A stretch of 52,911 nt of DNA. Origin: a virus (Duplodnaviria > Caudoviricetes). The notes beneath the pieces are model-generated. The model did no database searches. It was not told where the DNA came from and saw nothing but the letters and a program-made list of their open reading frames with translations. Position numbers and translations under genes: made by a program. Location of the stretch: positions 1 to 52,911 of IMG/VR virus record IMGVR_UViG_3300037478_000858; one strand, 5' to 3'. Each line of letters begins with the position of its first letter. The first letter of the stretch is position 1. This document shows, piece after piece, positions 20,349 through 28,959 of this stretch.

Positions 20349-21608
20349 TTGAGCGCCTACAGGCGCAAGGACCGCGGCGGCGAATGGTGGTTTCGCAAGC
20401 AGATCCGCTTACCGGACGGCACCAAGTACCGCGTGCACGTCAAGCCGCCGATCAACACGAAGGCGGCGGCCGAGATCTCTGGGCGAGCTGAGATCGAGCG
20501 CCGACTTAACCCGGCGGCGCTGGCGCCAACGTTTGCCGAGTGGTGGAGCGGGCGCTACTGGGCCGAGGCCGTCGAGGCCGAATCCGACAACCAGACAGAG
20601 CGCACGAAGACGCTCAAGCGGTCGCTTTATCGCAACCACCTCGGGCCGGCGCTCGGTCACCTGCGGCTCGACGAGATCGACGTCGGGGTGATTCAACGCT
20701 TCAAGCTCGAGCTCGCCGACAAGCCCGGCCGCAAGCCCGGGTCGAAGCTGTCGGCGAAGTCGCGCTCTAATATTATACTGACGTTGAGCCACGCACTCAC
20801 CTACGCAGAGGAGGCCGGCGTGATCGCGAGCAAGCCGAGGGTGAGAGCGCCGCGGATCGTTAAGCCAGAGATCGAGCCGTGGGAGTTTGCCGATTACCTG
20901 ACGCTCCTGGCCGCGGCCGACGCCGACGCGCGACGCTGGCTCGTCGCGGTGCTGCTCGGCGCTGATGCCGGACTCCGACTGGGTGAGATCCGCGGGCTCG
21001 AGTGGGGCGATGTCGATCTCCACGGCGACGCGATCCACGTCCGGCGCCAGCGAGGCCCGCAGGGCGAGGTTGGCCCGCCGAAGTGGGGGAGCGTTCGCAC
21101 CGCGCCCATGTCAGGGACGCTGTGCGCCGCCCTGAGCTCGTTGCCGGCGTCCAGGGGGCGCGTGGTCGCCGGGACGCCGGCGCACGTCGACAAGGCAATC
21201 AGGCGGCTCTGCAAGGCCGCCGGGCTCGAGGTCTCGGGCTGGCATCGACTTCGGCACACCTTCGGCGCCAACTGCGCGCGGTTCGGGGCCAACCCGTGGG
21301 AGCTCAAGGAATGGATGGGCCACCGCTCGATCACAACCACCGAGCAGTACGTCAACCTGGTGAAGGCGCACCGGCGCAAGCTGCCCGACCGGGTCGCCGC
21401 TGCGCTAGCCGCCGCGCCGGTAGAGACCCGAGCGCTCGCCGGGATCGCCGCGCTCTCGTCGCCGGCGCTGGCCACGTCGGCGGACATGGTTCCGATTCGC
21501 CGTGGCCCCAATGTGGACCCAGGGATCTCAGAACGTGAGAACGGGGCTCCTGTGGGCTCCGATCTGGTGCGAGCGGTAGGGTTTGAACCGTCTGATGAGG
21601 TCGAGTGA
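20349..21608 (+). CDS. int: Tyrosine integrase
   Basis: GLRLGEIRGLEWGDVD, WHRLRHTFG, WMGH...TTEQY catalytic motifs; probable TTG start 20349. Confidence 0.95.
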   Translation: MSAYRRKDRGGEWWFRKQIRLPDGTKYRVHVKPPINTKAAAEISGRAEIERRLNPAALAPTFAEWWSGRYWAEAVEAESDNQTERTKTLKRSLYRNHLGPALGHLRLDEIDVGVIQRFKLELADKPGRKPGSKLSAKSRSNIILTLSHALTYAEEAGVIASKPRVRAPRIVKPEIEPWEFADYLTLLAAADADARRWLVAVLLGADAGLRLGEIRGLEWGDVDLHGDAIHVRRQRGPQGEVGPPKWGSVRTAPMSGTLCAALSSLPASRGRVVAGTPAHVDKAIRRLCKAAGLEVSGWHRLRHTFGANCARFGANPWELKEWMGHRSITTTEQYVNLVKAHRRKLPDRVAAALAAAPVETRALAGIAALSSPALATSADMVPIRRGPNVDPGISERENGAPVGSDLVRAVGFEPSDEVE

Positions 21609-21714
21609 TTGCGGCAAGTTCTCGGGATCCCTCGAGGTCGAGCTGTCCGTCCCGTCCGTCCCGTCCGTAATGAATGGTCCGGTCCGACCGCCGTGGCCCC
21701 AGTGTGGACCCAGG
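21498..21714. repeat. 26-bp direct repeats flanking the att core (putative integrase arm-type sites)
   Basis: CGCCGTGGCCCCA(A/G)TGTGGACCCAGG at 21498-21523 and 21689-21714. Confidence 0.8.
21565..21589 (-). other. attP core: 3' end of a tRNA (probably tRNA-Leu), inside the int 3' end
   Basis: Minus strand GGTTCAAACCCTACCGCTCGCACCA = T-loop, T-stem 3' strand, acceptor 3' strand and CCA. Confidence 0.75.
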
Positions 21715-21800
21715 ATCGCTCACGGCAGCCGCACGAACCCGATCATCCGGTTCGCGCCGATCTCGCGCTCGAAGCGCCGTACCTTCGAAGGTCTCGCTCC

Positions 21801-22091
<291 letters not shown>

Positions 22092-22127
22092 GCCGCGCGA
22101 CGGGGCCGCTGAGACGGTGGTGGGCCA

Positions 22128-23273
22128 ATGACTAACCCCCGCTTCAAGCCCGGCGACCGGGTCCACTACAGCAGCGTCATCGGCGAGCCGCCCGTGAGCA
22201 CTCATACGGTGCGGGAGGTCCGGGTGAGTGGGGACTGGCACGACTTCCCCCTCTACACCCTATCGGACAAACCCGGCTGCGTTGCCGAGGCGGCGCTGAG
22301 TCCGGCGGAGTCCGAATGGCCACCCGGGCACGCTGCCGAATTCAAGTCCTGGATCGATTCCGCCTACGCCGCCGGCATGGAGGCCGCGGCGGTGATCGTT
22401 CGCGAATGCGCGGAGCCATACACCGAGGGATCCGGACCGTGCGCAGCCTTGGAGGCGGGAGCGTGCCTCGACGCTGTACCCCGCCTCCTCGCCCAGCTCG
22501 ACCGCTCCGAGCAGGCGCGGCGGGATGCGGAGGCGGAGCTGGAGCGATATATCGAGATGTACCGGGCCGAGCGCCAGGCTCGGCGAGATGAGCAGCGGCG
22601 CCACCGCGGAGAGCTTGAGCGCCTCGGATCCGAGTTCGCCAAGCTCCGCGAGCAGCTGGCCGCCCTGAAGGCGCCCGCCGACTGCCCGATCGAGGCTGGC
22701 AGTCCTGGCGAGCACAGCGACGAGACCTGCCCGTGGTGCCGCGGCTGGCGGGCCGGTGTCTCAGCTGGGCAGCGAAACGACGACCTCGACGAGCGAATGG
22801 CGCAGGAGGATCAGCGGACGATCAGCCAGCTCCGCGAGCAGCTGGCCGACAGGGACAGCCGACTGTCCGAGTACGCCGACCTCGTCACCGAGTATCGCGA
22901 GCTCGAGCAGGACCTGCGCGAGGAGGTGAGCGAGGCCTGGGCGGCGGCGAAAGTCCGGCGCGAGCAACTGGCGCTGGCGGTGCGGGCGCTGGAGGCCGTC
23001 GTCGCGATCGGCTGCGGCTGTCGGCCGTACCTGGGCGCCTGTGGGTGCGGCGACCGAATGATCGAGGAGGCCGAGGATGTGCTCGCCCAGCTCCGCGGCG
23101 AGACCACCGCCGAGCCCGAGCCCCAAGCCGCCGGCCTCCGCGGCTGCACCGCCCGGACCGACAGGGGCCCCCGGCACGTGTGCCAGCGGGCGGCAGGACA
23201 CGAGGGGCTGCACTACGTCGGGGCGCACGGAGCGAGCTATGAGTGGGGCGACGCGTCCGAGGTCGAGCCATGA
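22128..23273 (+). CDS. Modular coiled-coil/Cys-containing hypothetical protein (381 aa)
   Basis: Long ORF with repeated (Q/K)LREQLA coiled-coil segments. Confidence 0.6.
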   Translation: MTNPRFKPGDRVHYSSVIGEPPVSTHTVREVRVSGDWHDFPLYTLSDKPGCVAEAALSPAESEWPPGHAAEFKSWIDSAYAAGMEAAAVIVRECAEPYTEGSGPCAALEAGACLDAVPRLLAQLDRSEQARRDAEAELERYIEMYRAERQARRDEQRRHRGELERLGSEFAKLREQLAALKAPADCPIEAGSPGEHSDETCPWCRGWRAGVSAGQRNDDLDERMAQEDQRTISQLREQLADRDSRLSEYADLVTEYRELEQDLREEVSEAWAAAKVRREQLALAVRALEAVVAIGCGCRPYLGACGCGDRMIEEAEDVLAQLRGETTAEPEPQAAGLRGCTARTDRGPRHVCQRAAGHEGLHYVGAHGASYEWGDASEVEP

Positions 23274-23482
23274 GCGTCTCCGACTTCTACCGCGCCGAGC
23301 AAGCCGCCCACCGCCGCGCCCGCACCGCCCTCCAGATCCTGCTCGACGACGCCGAGCGCGCTCTGCGCTGGCACTCCATCCCGAGCGGGCAGCGACCCAC
23401 CACCGGCGGACGCCTGCAGGGGTGCACGGTCTCGGCGCTGCGGGCGATCGCTGAGGAGTGTCGGCGGGGTCTGGGGTCGTGA
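23270..23482 (+). CDS. Hypothetical protein
   Basis: ATGA overlap with the upstream gene. Confidence 0.5.
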   Translation: MSVSDFYRAEQAAHRRARTALQILLDDAERALRWHSIPSGQRPTTGGRLQGCTVSALRAIAEECRRGLGS

Positions 23483-23537
23483 GTCTGGGGACTTACGGCC
23501 GCCCGCCAAGAAAACGCACGGGCCGGTCGATTACCGC

Positions 23538-23566
23538 TTGACCTCTACACACGGCGTGTGTAGAGT
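23538..23566 (+). promoter_or_regulatory. Sigma70-like promoter TTGACC-N17-TAGAGT overlapped by a palindromic operator
   Basis: CTCTACACAC-GGC-GTGTGTAGAG at 23543-23565; ATG at 23573. Confidence 0.8.
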
Positions 23567-23572
23567 GTACTC

Positions 23573-23737
23573 ATGACGACGACGCAAATCCTGGACGCCC
23601 GCTACCTCGACAGCCTCTCGCCCGACAGCGACGCCGCCGTGGCCGCGTACGTCGCCCTGCGCCGCCGCTACCGCCGCACCGCCTGTGTCTACGCCGAGAG
23701 CCTCGCTGCGCGCCTCCTGGCCCGCAGGAGGGCGTAG
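23573..23737 (+). CDS. 54-aa hypothetical protein (probably leaderless; not in ORF track)
   Basis: MTTTQILDARYLDSLSPD...LLARRRA; ATG 6 nt after the -10 box. Confidence 0.6.
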   Translation: MTTTQILDARYLDSLSPDSDAAVAAYVALRRRYRRTACVYAESLAARLLARRRA

Positions 23738-23780
23738 GGCTGGAGCGGACGATAACCCCGAGAGAAAAGGACACCGACCA

Positions 23781-24005
23781 ATGACCACGACCACGACCAC
23801 CAAGACCCGCTACATCCCCTGCTCGGCCACCGACGTCCCCGAGGGCGTCCGATTCGACGTCCCGCGGCGCAACCAGGGCCAGACCATCGAGGTCGCATAC
23901 GGCGGATTCGGCCGCGCCGAGCACGACGAGGGCGACGACTACCGCCGCACTCACGACCGCTCTACCGGCGAGACCACCTACGCGCGGCTCGTCGAGAGCG
24001 ACTAG
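23781..24005 (+). CDS. Hypothetical protein
   Basis: AAAGGA RBS, ATG 23781. Confidence 0.6.
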   Translation: MTTTTTTKTRYIPCSATDVPEGVRFDVPRRNQGQTIEVAYGGFGRAEHDEGDDYRRTHDRSTGETTYARLVESD

Positions 24006-24211
24006 TGGCCACCCGCATCAACATCTCCCTCGACCTCGCCGACCTCGAGCAGCTCCGCGAAGCTGCCGAGGCGGCGGGGGAGACCCTGTCCGGGTACCTC
24101 GTGCGCTCGGCCATCGACCGCGCCACGAGCGAGGGCGCCGACCTCGGACCGCGGGCCCGGGCGTGGCTGCGGCGCGAGTTGCGAGCGCGGCTGGCGGGGT
24201 TGATTGACTGA
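24005..24211 (+). CDS. Ribbon-helix-helix (CopG/Arc-like) regulator
   Basis: TRINISLDLADLEQLREAAEAAGETLSGYLVRSAI. Confidence 0.75.
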   Translation: MATRINISLDLADLEQLREAAEAAGETLSGYLVRSAIDRATSEGADLGPRARAWLRRELRARLAGLID

Positions 24212-24720
24212 TGGGCGGCCGAGCCTTCCGGTTTGGAGATCCACGCGCGCCCGAAGGATTCTGGGGGCAGGTCCAACCTGAGCCGATGGGTGGTTGCTGG
24301 CTGTGGATCTCAGGGGGCGGGGTTGGGTATGGGCGTTGGGACGGGCGTCCAGCTCACCGATGGCTGTACGAACTGCTCGTGGCGCCCGTCGCTGGCGACC
24401 TCTTCTGCGATCACCTTTGCCGAGTGCGCGCGTGCGTGAACCCCGTGCACATCGAGCCGGTGACGCCGGGCGAGAATTCTCGGCGCGGGGCTATAGACAG
24501 GCGCCGGGGGAGGCTTCTACACCCCCGGGCAGGCTTTTCCCGGGGACGCGGCGTGACTCGGATTCCGACGATCAGCGCCGCGGAGATGGCGGCGGAAAGG
24601 GAGCGTCAAGAGCTCGAGCGCCTACGCAGGGAGTGGCGTCCGCCAACCACGCAATGGAACACCGACTCCTTTCCCTCAGCGAGGCTTAAGGCCATGCGAG
24701 AAAGCGAAAGTGATGACTAA
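24211..24720 (+). CDS. HNH endonuclease
   Basis: GCWLW...GYG...AHRWLYE...DHLCRVRACVNPVHIEPVTPGEN. Confidence 0.9.
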   Translation: MGGRAFRFGDPRAPEGFWGQVQPEPMGGCWLWISGGGVGYGRWDGRPAHRWLYELLVAPVAGDLFCDHLCRVRACVNPVHIEPVTPGENSRRGAIDRRRGRLLHPRAGFSRGRGVTRIPTISAAEMAAERERQELERLRREWRPPTTQWNTDSFPSARLKAMRESESDD

Positions 24721-24800
24721 GCTCGCGGCGGATGACGCGTGTCTCGAGATTCAGGACTGGCTCCGGCGCGAGCTGCGGCGGGCGGTGGCCGAAACGAAAG

Positions 24801-24833
24801 AGACCCGCGACGGTTAACACCCGTCGCGGGTCT
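24801..24833. terminator. Intrinsic terminator at the convergence of rightward and late transcription
   Basis: 13-bp stem AGACCCGCGACGG/CCGTCGCGGGTCT, 7-nt loop; T-rich tail on the minus strand. Confidence 0.75.
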
Positions 24834-24887
24834 AAGTTCGTGCCGCCGGAATTCTGCGGCGGTGGCGGCCCCGCCCTGCAATAGCGA

Positions 24888-25064
24888 TCAGTCTACCACG
24901 TCGTTCGGCACCCGGTCACGCTCCTGCTCTCGCCTGAGCGGCCCAGACCACCCACAAGCCGCACAGCGCCCCATCCGCCCCCGGCTCCCCGCCACGACCT
25001 CGAGCACTCGCCGACAGCCGGCCGGGCAGCTGCGCGTGATGCCGCCGACGACCTCGAGGGTCAC
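24888..25064 (-). CDS. Small Zn-ribbon hypothetical protein
   Basis: CPAGC...CAACG; GTGA overlap. Confidence 0.45.
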   Translation of the reverse strand: MTLEVVGGITRSCPAGCRRVLEVVAGSRGRMGRCAACGWSGPLRREQERDRVPNDVVD

Positions 25065-25348
25065 AGCGCCGCTCGGAGTTGCCAGAGCCTCGCATCGGCG
25101 CCACGAATTTCCGACCCGTCGGCGAACTGGACGTAGGCCTCGTCGTCGCGTCCGTGTCCACAGCACGCGTTGGCGACGTCGGGCAGCGTGCCGAGGCAGC
25201 CGTCGTGACCGGCGACGGTGGCCGCACGCCCGCACTCGCCGCACGGTCGGTCCGCGGCGTCGGCTACCGGCTCGCCTGTGTCCGCGTAGAGCCAGCGCCC
25301 GTCGACGCACGTGATTGGATGGCCGCGCCAGAGGCCCGAGACGCTCAC
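25061..25348 (-). CDS. Cys/His-rich phage hypothetical protein
   Basis: RPCGECG...GHDGCLGTLPDVANACCGHG. Confidence 0.65.
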   Translation of the reverse strand: MSVSGLWRGHPITCVDGRWLYADTGEPVADAADRPCGECGRAATVAGHDGCLGTLPDVANACCGHGRDDEAYVQFADGSEIRGADARLWQLRAAL

Positions 25349-26040
25349 GGTGTCCTCAGATACCGCGCGCCCACCAGCCACGGTCTCGGGTTCACCGGCC
25401 GATAGACGTCCACCGGGCTGATCTCGAAGTGCAGATGCGTGGCGTCTCGCGCCCGCGGGTTGTCGCCGACCACGATGACGCCCTGCCCGAGCTCGACGGC
25501 GTCGCCGACCTTCACCAGCTGGCAGTCGGCCTTGCCGTGCATGAAGCCGGAGCGCTCGCCGTTGCCGTGATCGATCCAGACCCGCCACCCGGTGCCGATC
25601 CGCGAGCTCGCCATCACCACCCCCGCGGCCGGGGCGATCGCGCAGGTGCCCGGTGGGATCCACCACCGCCGCTTGCCGCCGCGCATGATCGCCCCGCCGT
25701 CGCCGACCGGGACATCGGGGTCGCTGTCGAGCCAGCGATAGAACATGTCCGCGCCGTTGTGTGTCGGCCGCGATGGGTTCTCGGACTTGAACCCGGAGGT
25801 GATGATGGGCTGGCGACCGTCGGCGAGCAGGCGAAGCGGCCAGCACTTCTCGATCGGGTCGAGCTCCGCGTCGATCGACGCCGCGGTCCGCGCGCCGAAG
25901 ATGCCGTCGACCGCGAGTGGCGGATGGCCTGCCTGCCAGAGGCGGGTGAGCTCGGCGGGATCGAAGGTGATCGCGAGCGGGCGGTGGCTGGCCGCCCAGA
26001 AGTCGACCAGGGCCTTGAACCGGCGCCAGGAGGGTTTCAC
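25345..26040 (-). CDS. Endolysin: peptidoglycan-binding-like segment plus M23 metallopeptidase
   Basis: LAVDGIFGART motif; HNGAD (HxxxD) and HLHFE (HxH); probable GTG start 26040. Confidence 0.85.
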   Translation of the reverse strand: MKPSWRRFKALVDFWAASHRPLAITFDPAELTRLWQAGHPPLAVDGIFGARTAASIDAELDPIEKCWPLRLLADGRQPIITSGFKSENPSRPTHNGADMFYRWLDSDPDVPVGDGGAIMRGGKRRWWIPPGTCAIAPAAGVVMASSRIGTGWRVWIDHGNGERSGFMHGKADCQLVKVGDAVELGQGVIVVGDNPRARDATHLHFEISPVDVYRPVNPRPWLVGARYLRTP

Positions 26041-26575
26041 GTCGACCTCGTGTGGCTGTACTCCGTGCCGCGGCGAGCCGACAGCATTCGGCGCACGATG
26101 CCGGGCTCGGCCTGGAGGCACCCCGGGCACCGCCGCGCGCCAGACGGGTCGCGGATCGCAGGGCGCTGTCCGTCCGGGTCGTCGGCGCCGTCGCCGCAGG
26201 CCGATTCCATTTGGTCGCGGATAGACGGCTCGAACAGGTGGTAGAGCGGGTCCGGTCCCGTCCCCGCCGGCAGCCATGCCCACGTTAGAGTCACTCGTCG
26301 GTCCCCTCGAGCCTCACCAGCCGCTGCTCGTGGTCGACTACCTGTTGGCGCAGCTCGCCGATCCGCTCGTGGAGATCGCCGATCTCGGAGTCGAGTTTGA
26401 CCTCGAGCCGCATCCGGAACTTTCGCGCCTCCTCGCATTCGCGGTTGAGCATCTCGTGGATCTCGAGCACCTTGTCCGAGAGCGCTCGGTAGAGCCGGGC
26501 ATCGATAGAGGAGGCCTCGGGGAGATCGCTGGAGTCAAACTCGACAGTCGGCCGCTTGTCTTTGTCTCTCGTCAT
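26037..26575 (-). other. Two small hypothetical genes (26037-26294; 26291-26575 coiled-coil)
   Basis: Coupled ORFs in the lysis cassette. Confidence 0.5.
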
Positions 26576-27105
26576 CTGCGTCTCCGTCGCGGGGGTATCG
26601 TTGGCTTCGAGAGCTGCTCGAGTTTGCTATTGATGGCCGCCAACTCTTGTCGGATCTCCGCCATTGTCTTGGCGGCCGCGCCCTGGTCGGAGTCATAGCG
26701 ATCGACGATGCGGGCGATCCGTTGCCGGTCGAACTGGTACGGCGAGGCGGTCTGGACGATTTGGTGCACCTCGTCGCGGTCGGTCTTCGTCGACTGCAGC
26801 GTCCCCCAACTCACGCCCGCGCTCACGAGGGCAACACCGAGGATCCACCACATCCGCCGCAGGAGCCGGCCGGGTTCGACCTGCTTGATCTCGGCGGCGA
26901 CCTCGCGCTTGAGCTCGAGCAGTTCTGCGGCCGTCTTGCGCTCGAGCCCGTGGATGTCGTCGCGCAGCCCCTGGAACGCCTGGCCGCCGTCGTTCAGTCG
27001 CTTTTCGATGCTGTCGAGCCGCCTCTCGGTCGTGACTCGGAACGTGAGCTCGGCCCGCTCGTCGTCGGTGAGGGTGCGCGGCCGGCGTGGGGGCCCATTG
27101 GTCAC
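26572..27105 (-). CDS. Single-TM coiled-coil protein (holin/antiholin-like candidate)
   Basis: TM segment WWILGVALVSAGVSWG; within lysis cassette. Confidence 0.5.
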   Translation of the reverse strand: MTNGPPRRPRTLTDDERAELTFRVTTERRLDSIEKRLNDGGQAFQGLRDDIHGLERKTAAELLELKREVAAEIKQVEPGRLLRRMWWILGVALVSAGVSWGTLQSTKTDRDEVHQIVQTASPYQFDRQRIARIVDRYDSDQGAAAKTMAEIRQELAAINSKLEQLSKPTIPPRRRRR

Positions 27106-27381
27106 CGGCCGCTCCGCACGCAGCTCAGGCAGCTGCCGATCTCGCTGCGCCACGCGGTGGCCCGGCCGCAGCTGCCGCAGTACAGCGTGACTCCGCCGAC
27201 CACGAGCTCGGCGCGCCCCTCCGCGACATCGTCGGCGAGCTGGACCGCGGGCGGGTCGGCGGCCTGGGCGAGCAGCTCGGCGATGGTCGGGCGGGTCAGC
27301 ACTCGATCACCTCGCCGTCGCGAACCCAGCCGTGCCACCCGCAGCCGACCCAGCGCGGGTCGAGGTCGATGAGCGGGCGGG

Positions 27382-27894
27382 TCACGCCGGCTTCGCAGCC
27401 TGCTTGGTGAGCTGGTGCCAGAGCAACGCGAGCGGCGGGCCGCCGGCGGTGATCAAGGCGGGCAGCCACCCGGCCCCGGTGATCAGGTGATCGGCGAAGC
27501 CCTCGGCGAACCCGAGGGCGATCAGCGCGTACGGGATCCATCGCGCCTTCGCGTCGAGCTTCGGCGACCAGCGGCGGGCGAGCGCGATGGCGATCGCGAG
27601 CAGCGGCGCGATCAGCGCGGCGATCTTGACCCGGAGGCGGACGTCCGAGTCCTTGTCCCGGAGCGCCTTGACCGCCCCGATCGCCTCGTCGAGCTCGACC
27701 TTGAGCTGGTCATTTGTGAGCGGCGGCTCGGCGGCGACCTCGACAGGACCGTTCTCGCCGGCCGTGCTCGCCGCTCCGGCGTCGATCGAGACCTCGTCGG
27801 CAATCGGGGCAGCGTCGGGCGCGGCGCTCACGGAGGCGATGGAGCCGCACAAGAGCACGGCGGCGATCAGGGCGCTGGCGGTGTGGCGGATCAC
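27382..27894 (-). CDS. Multi-TM membrane protein (holin candidate) with N-terminal signal-like peptide
   Basis: Three C-terminal hydrophobic segments plus a hydrophobic N-terminus. Confidence 0.5.
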   Translation of the reverse strand: MIRHTASALIAAVLLCGSIASVSAAPDAAPIADEVSIDAGAASTAGENGPVEVAAEPPLTNDQLKVELDEAIGAVKALRDKDSDVRLRVKIAALIAPLLAIAIALARRWSPKLDAKARWIPYALIALGFAEGFADHLITGAGWLPALITAGGPPLALLWHQLTKQAAKPA

Positions 27895-28142
27895 GAGGCA
27901 CCTCCGACCCGGGCCGGCCAGCGCCACTGGTGCTCGCCCTCTCCAAGCGTCGCCGACGTCGCCCACGGCGATTCGGTACCGTCGAGGAAGACGCGCAGGT
28001 TGACGTACTCGTCGGACCAGACCGCGACGATGATTGCCGGCAGGAGGTCGTCCTCGCCGATATGGTTGCCGTGCGCACTCCATGCGGCGCGGTCGCCCCC
28101 GGTGGGCTTGTAGTGAACGATTCTTCCGATGCTCGGCTTCAT
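27891..28142 (-). CDS. Small phage protein of the 'PSIGRIVHY' type; paralog of 52370..52609
   Basis: MKPSIGRIVHY...PAIIVAV...VNLRVF...WRWP. Confidence 0.7.
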   Translation of the reverse strand: MKPSIGRIVHYKPTGGDRAAWSAHGNHIGEDDLLPAIIVAVWSDEYVNLRVFLDGTESPWATSATLGEGEHQWRWPARVGGAS

Positions 28143-28492
28143 GGGGTCTCTCCGTTCTCGGGTTTGGGGTCGCGCTGCCGGCACCTGCCCTCGACCGTGT
28201 CGCGGTAGCGGTAGAGCTCGATCAGCTTGTGGCCGAGCTTGACGGCCTCGCGGAACGCGAAGCACAGGGCTAGCGGTTGGAGCTCGGCGAGGATCGCGTC
28301 GCGGTCGCCGTTCGTCGCGAGCAGCCGCTGGAGCTTGTCGGACACGCAGGGAATCGCGTTGAGCTCGAGGTCGTCCGGGCGCTCGACGCCGGCGAGTCGG
28401 TCATCATCTCGGGTGACGATCACGGTCTCGACCGGCGGCGGTGTCGATCCGCAACCGGCGATCACCGAGCCGAGTAGGAGCGCGCGGATCAC
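28139..28492 (-). CDS. Lipoprotein, o-spanin candidate
   Basis: Lipobox IAG-C after hydrophobic leader; Pro-rich; follows the i-spanin-like gene. Confidence 0.6.
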   Translation of the reverse strand: MIRALLLGSVIAGCGSTPPPVETVIVTRDDDRLAGVERPDDLELNAIPCVSDKLQRLLATNGDRDAILAELQPLALCFAFREAVKLGHKLIELYRYRDTVEGRCRQRDPKPENGETP

Positions 28493-28836
28493 GACCCGGC
28501 CTCCGGCTGGAAGATGCCGGCCTTCTTGAGCCGCGCCCGCAGCAGCTCGCGCGACTCCGCCGTGTCGGGAATGTGCTCGAGCAGCGCGTCGGCTGCGGCG
28601 AGCTCGTCGCGCAGACCGCGGATCTCGGCGTCGCGAGCGGCGACGTCGGCGGCGCGGCGCGCGGTCTCGGACTGGGCGGCCTCGACAGCCTCGAGTCGAC
28701 TCGCCGCCAACGACTTGGCCGCGACGGCCGACAGGTCGGCGTCGGCCCGCTTGCCGCGCTGTACGTAGGCCGTGATCCAGCCGCTGGCGATTCCGGCCGC
28801 GACCGTGAGCGCGGTGGCGATGATGGCGGCCGTCAC
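28489..28836 (-). CDS. i-spanin candidate
   Basis: N-terminal TM followed by Ala-rich coiled coil; first gene of the lysis cassette. Confidence 0.6.
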   Translation of the reverse strand: MTAAIIATALTVAAGIASGWITAYVQRGKRADADLSAVAAKSLAASRLEAVEAAQSETARRAADVAARDAEIRGLRDELAAADALLEHIPDTAESRELLRARLKKAGIFQPEAGS

Positions 28837-28841
28837 GCCTC

Positions 28842-28890
28842 ACTGTCCGCCGCTCGGCCGCACGACAACAGGGGAGCATTTGCTCCCCTG
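28842..28890 (-). promoter_or_regulatory. Putative late promoter: palindromic box plus -10-like GACAGT
   Basis: CAGGGGAGCA-TT-TGCTCCCCTG (28869-28890); related boxes at 45011 and 50464. Confidence 0.65.
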
Positions 28891-28959
28891 GGCTGCGCCG
28901 CAGCCGGATCAGAAAAATTCTGAAATGCGGAACGCTGCGGCGTCTGGCACCATGGAAGG

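Noticed and set aside
21498-21714. Mini CRISPR array (26-bp repeats)
   Set aside because: Only two copies 165 bp apart, flanking an att core, and no cas genes; better explained as integrase arm sites.
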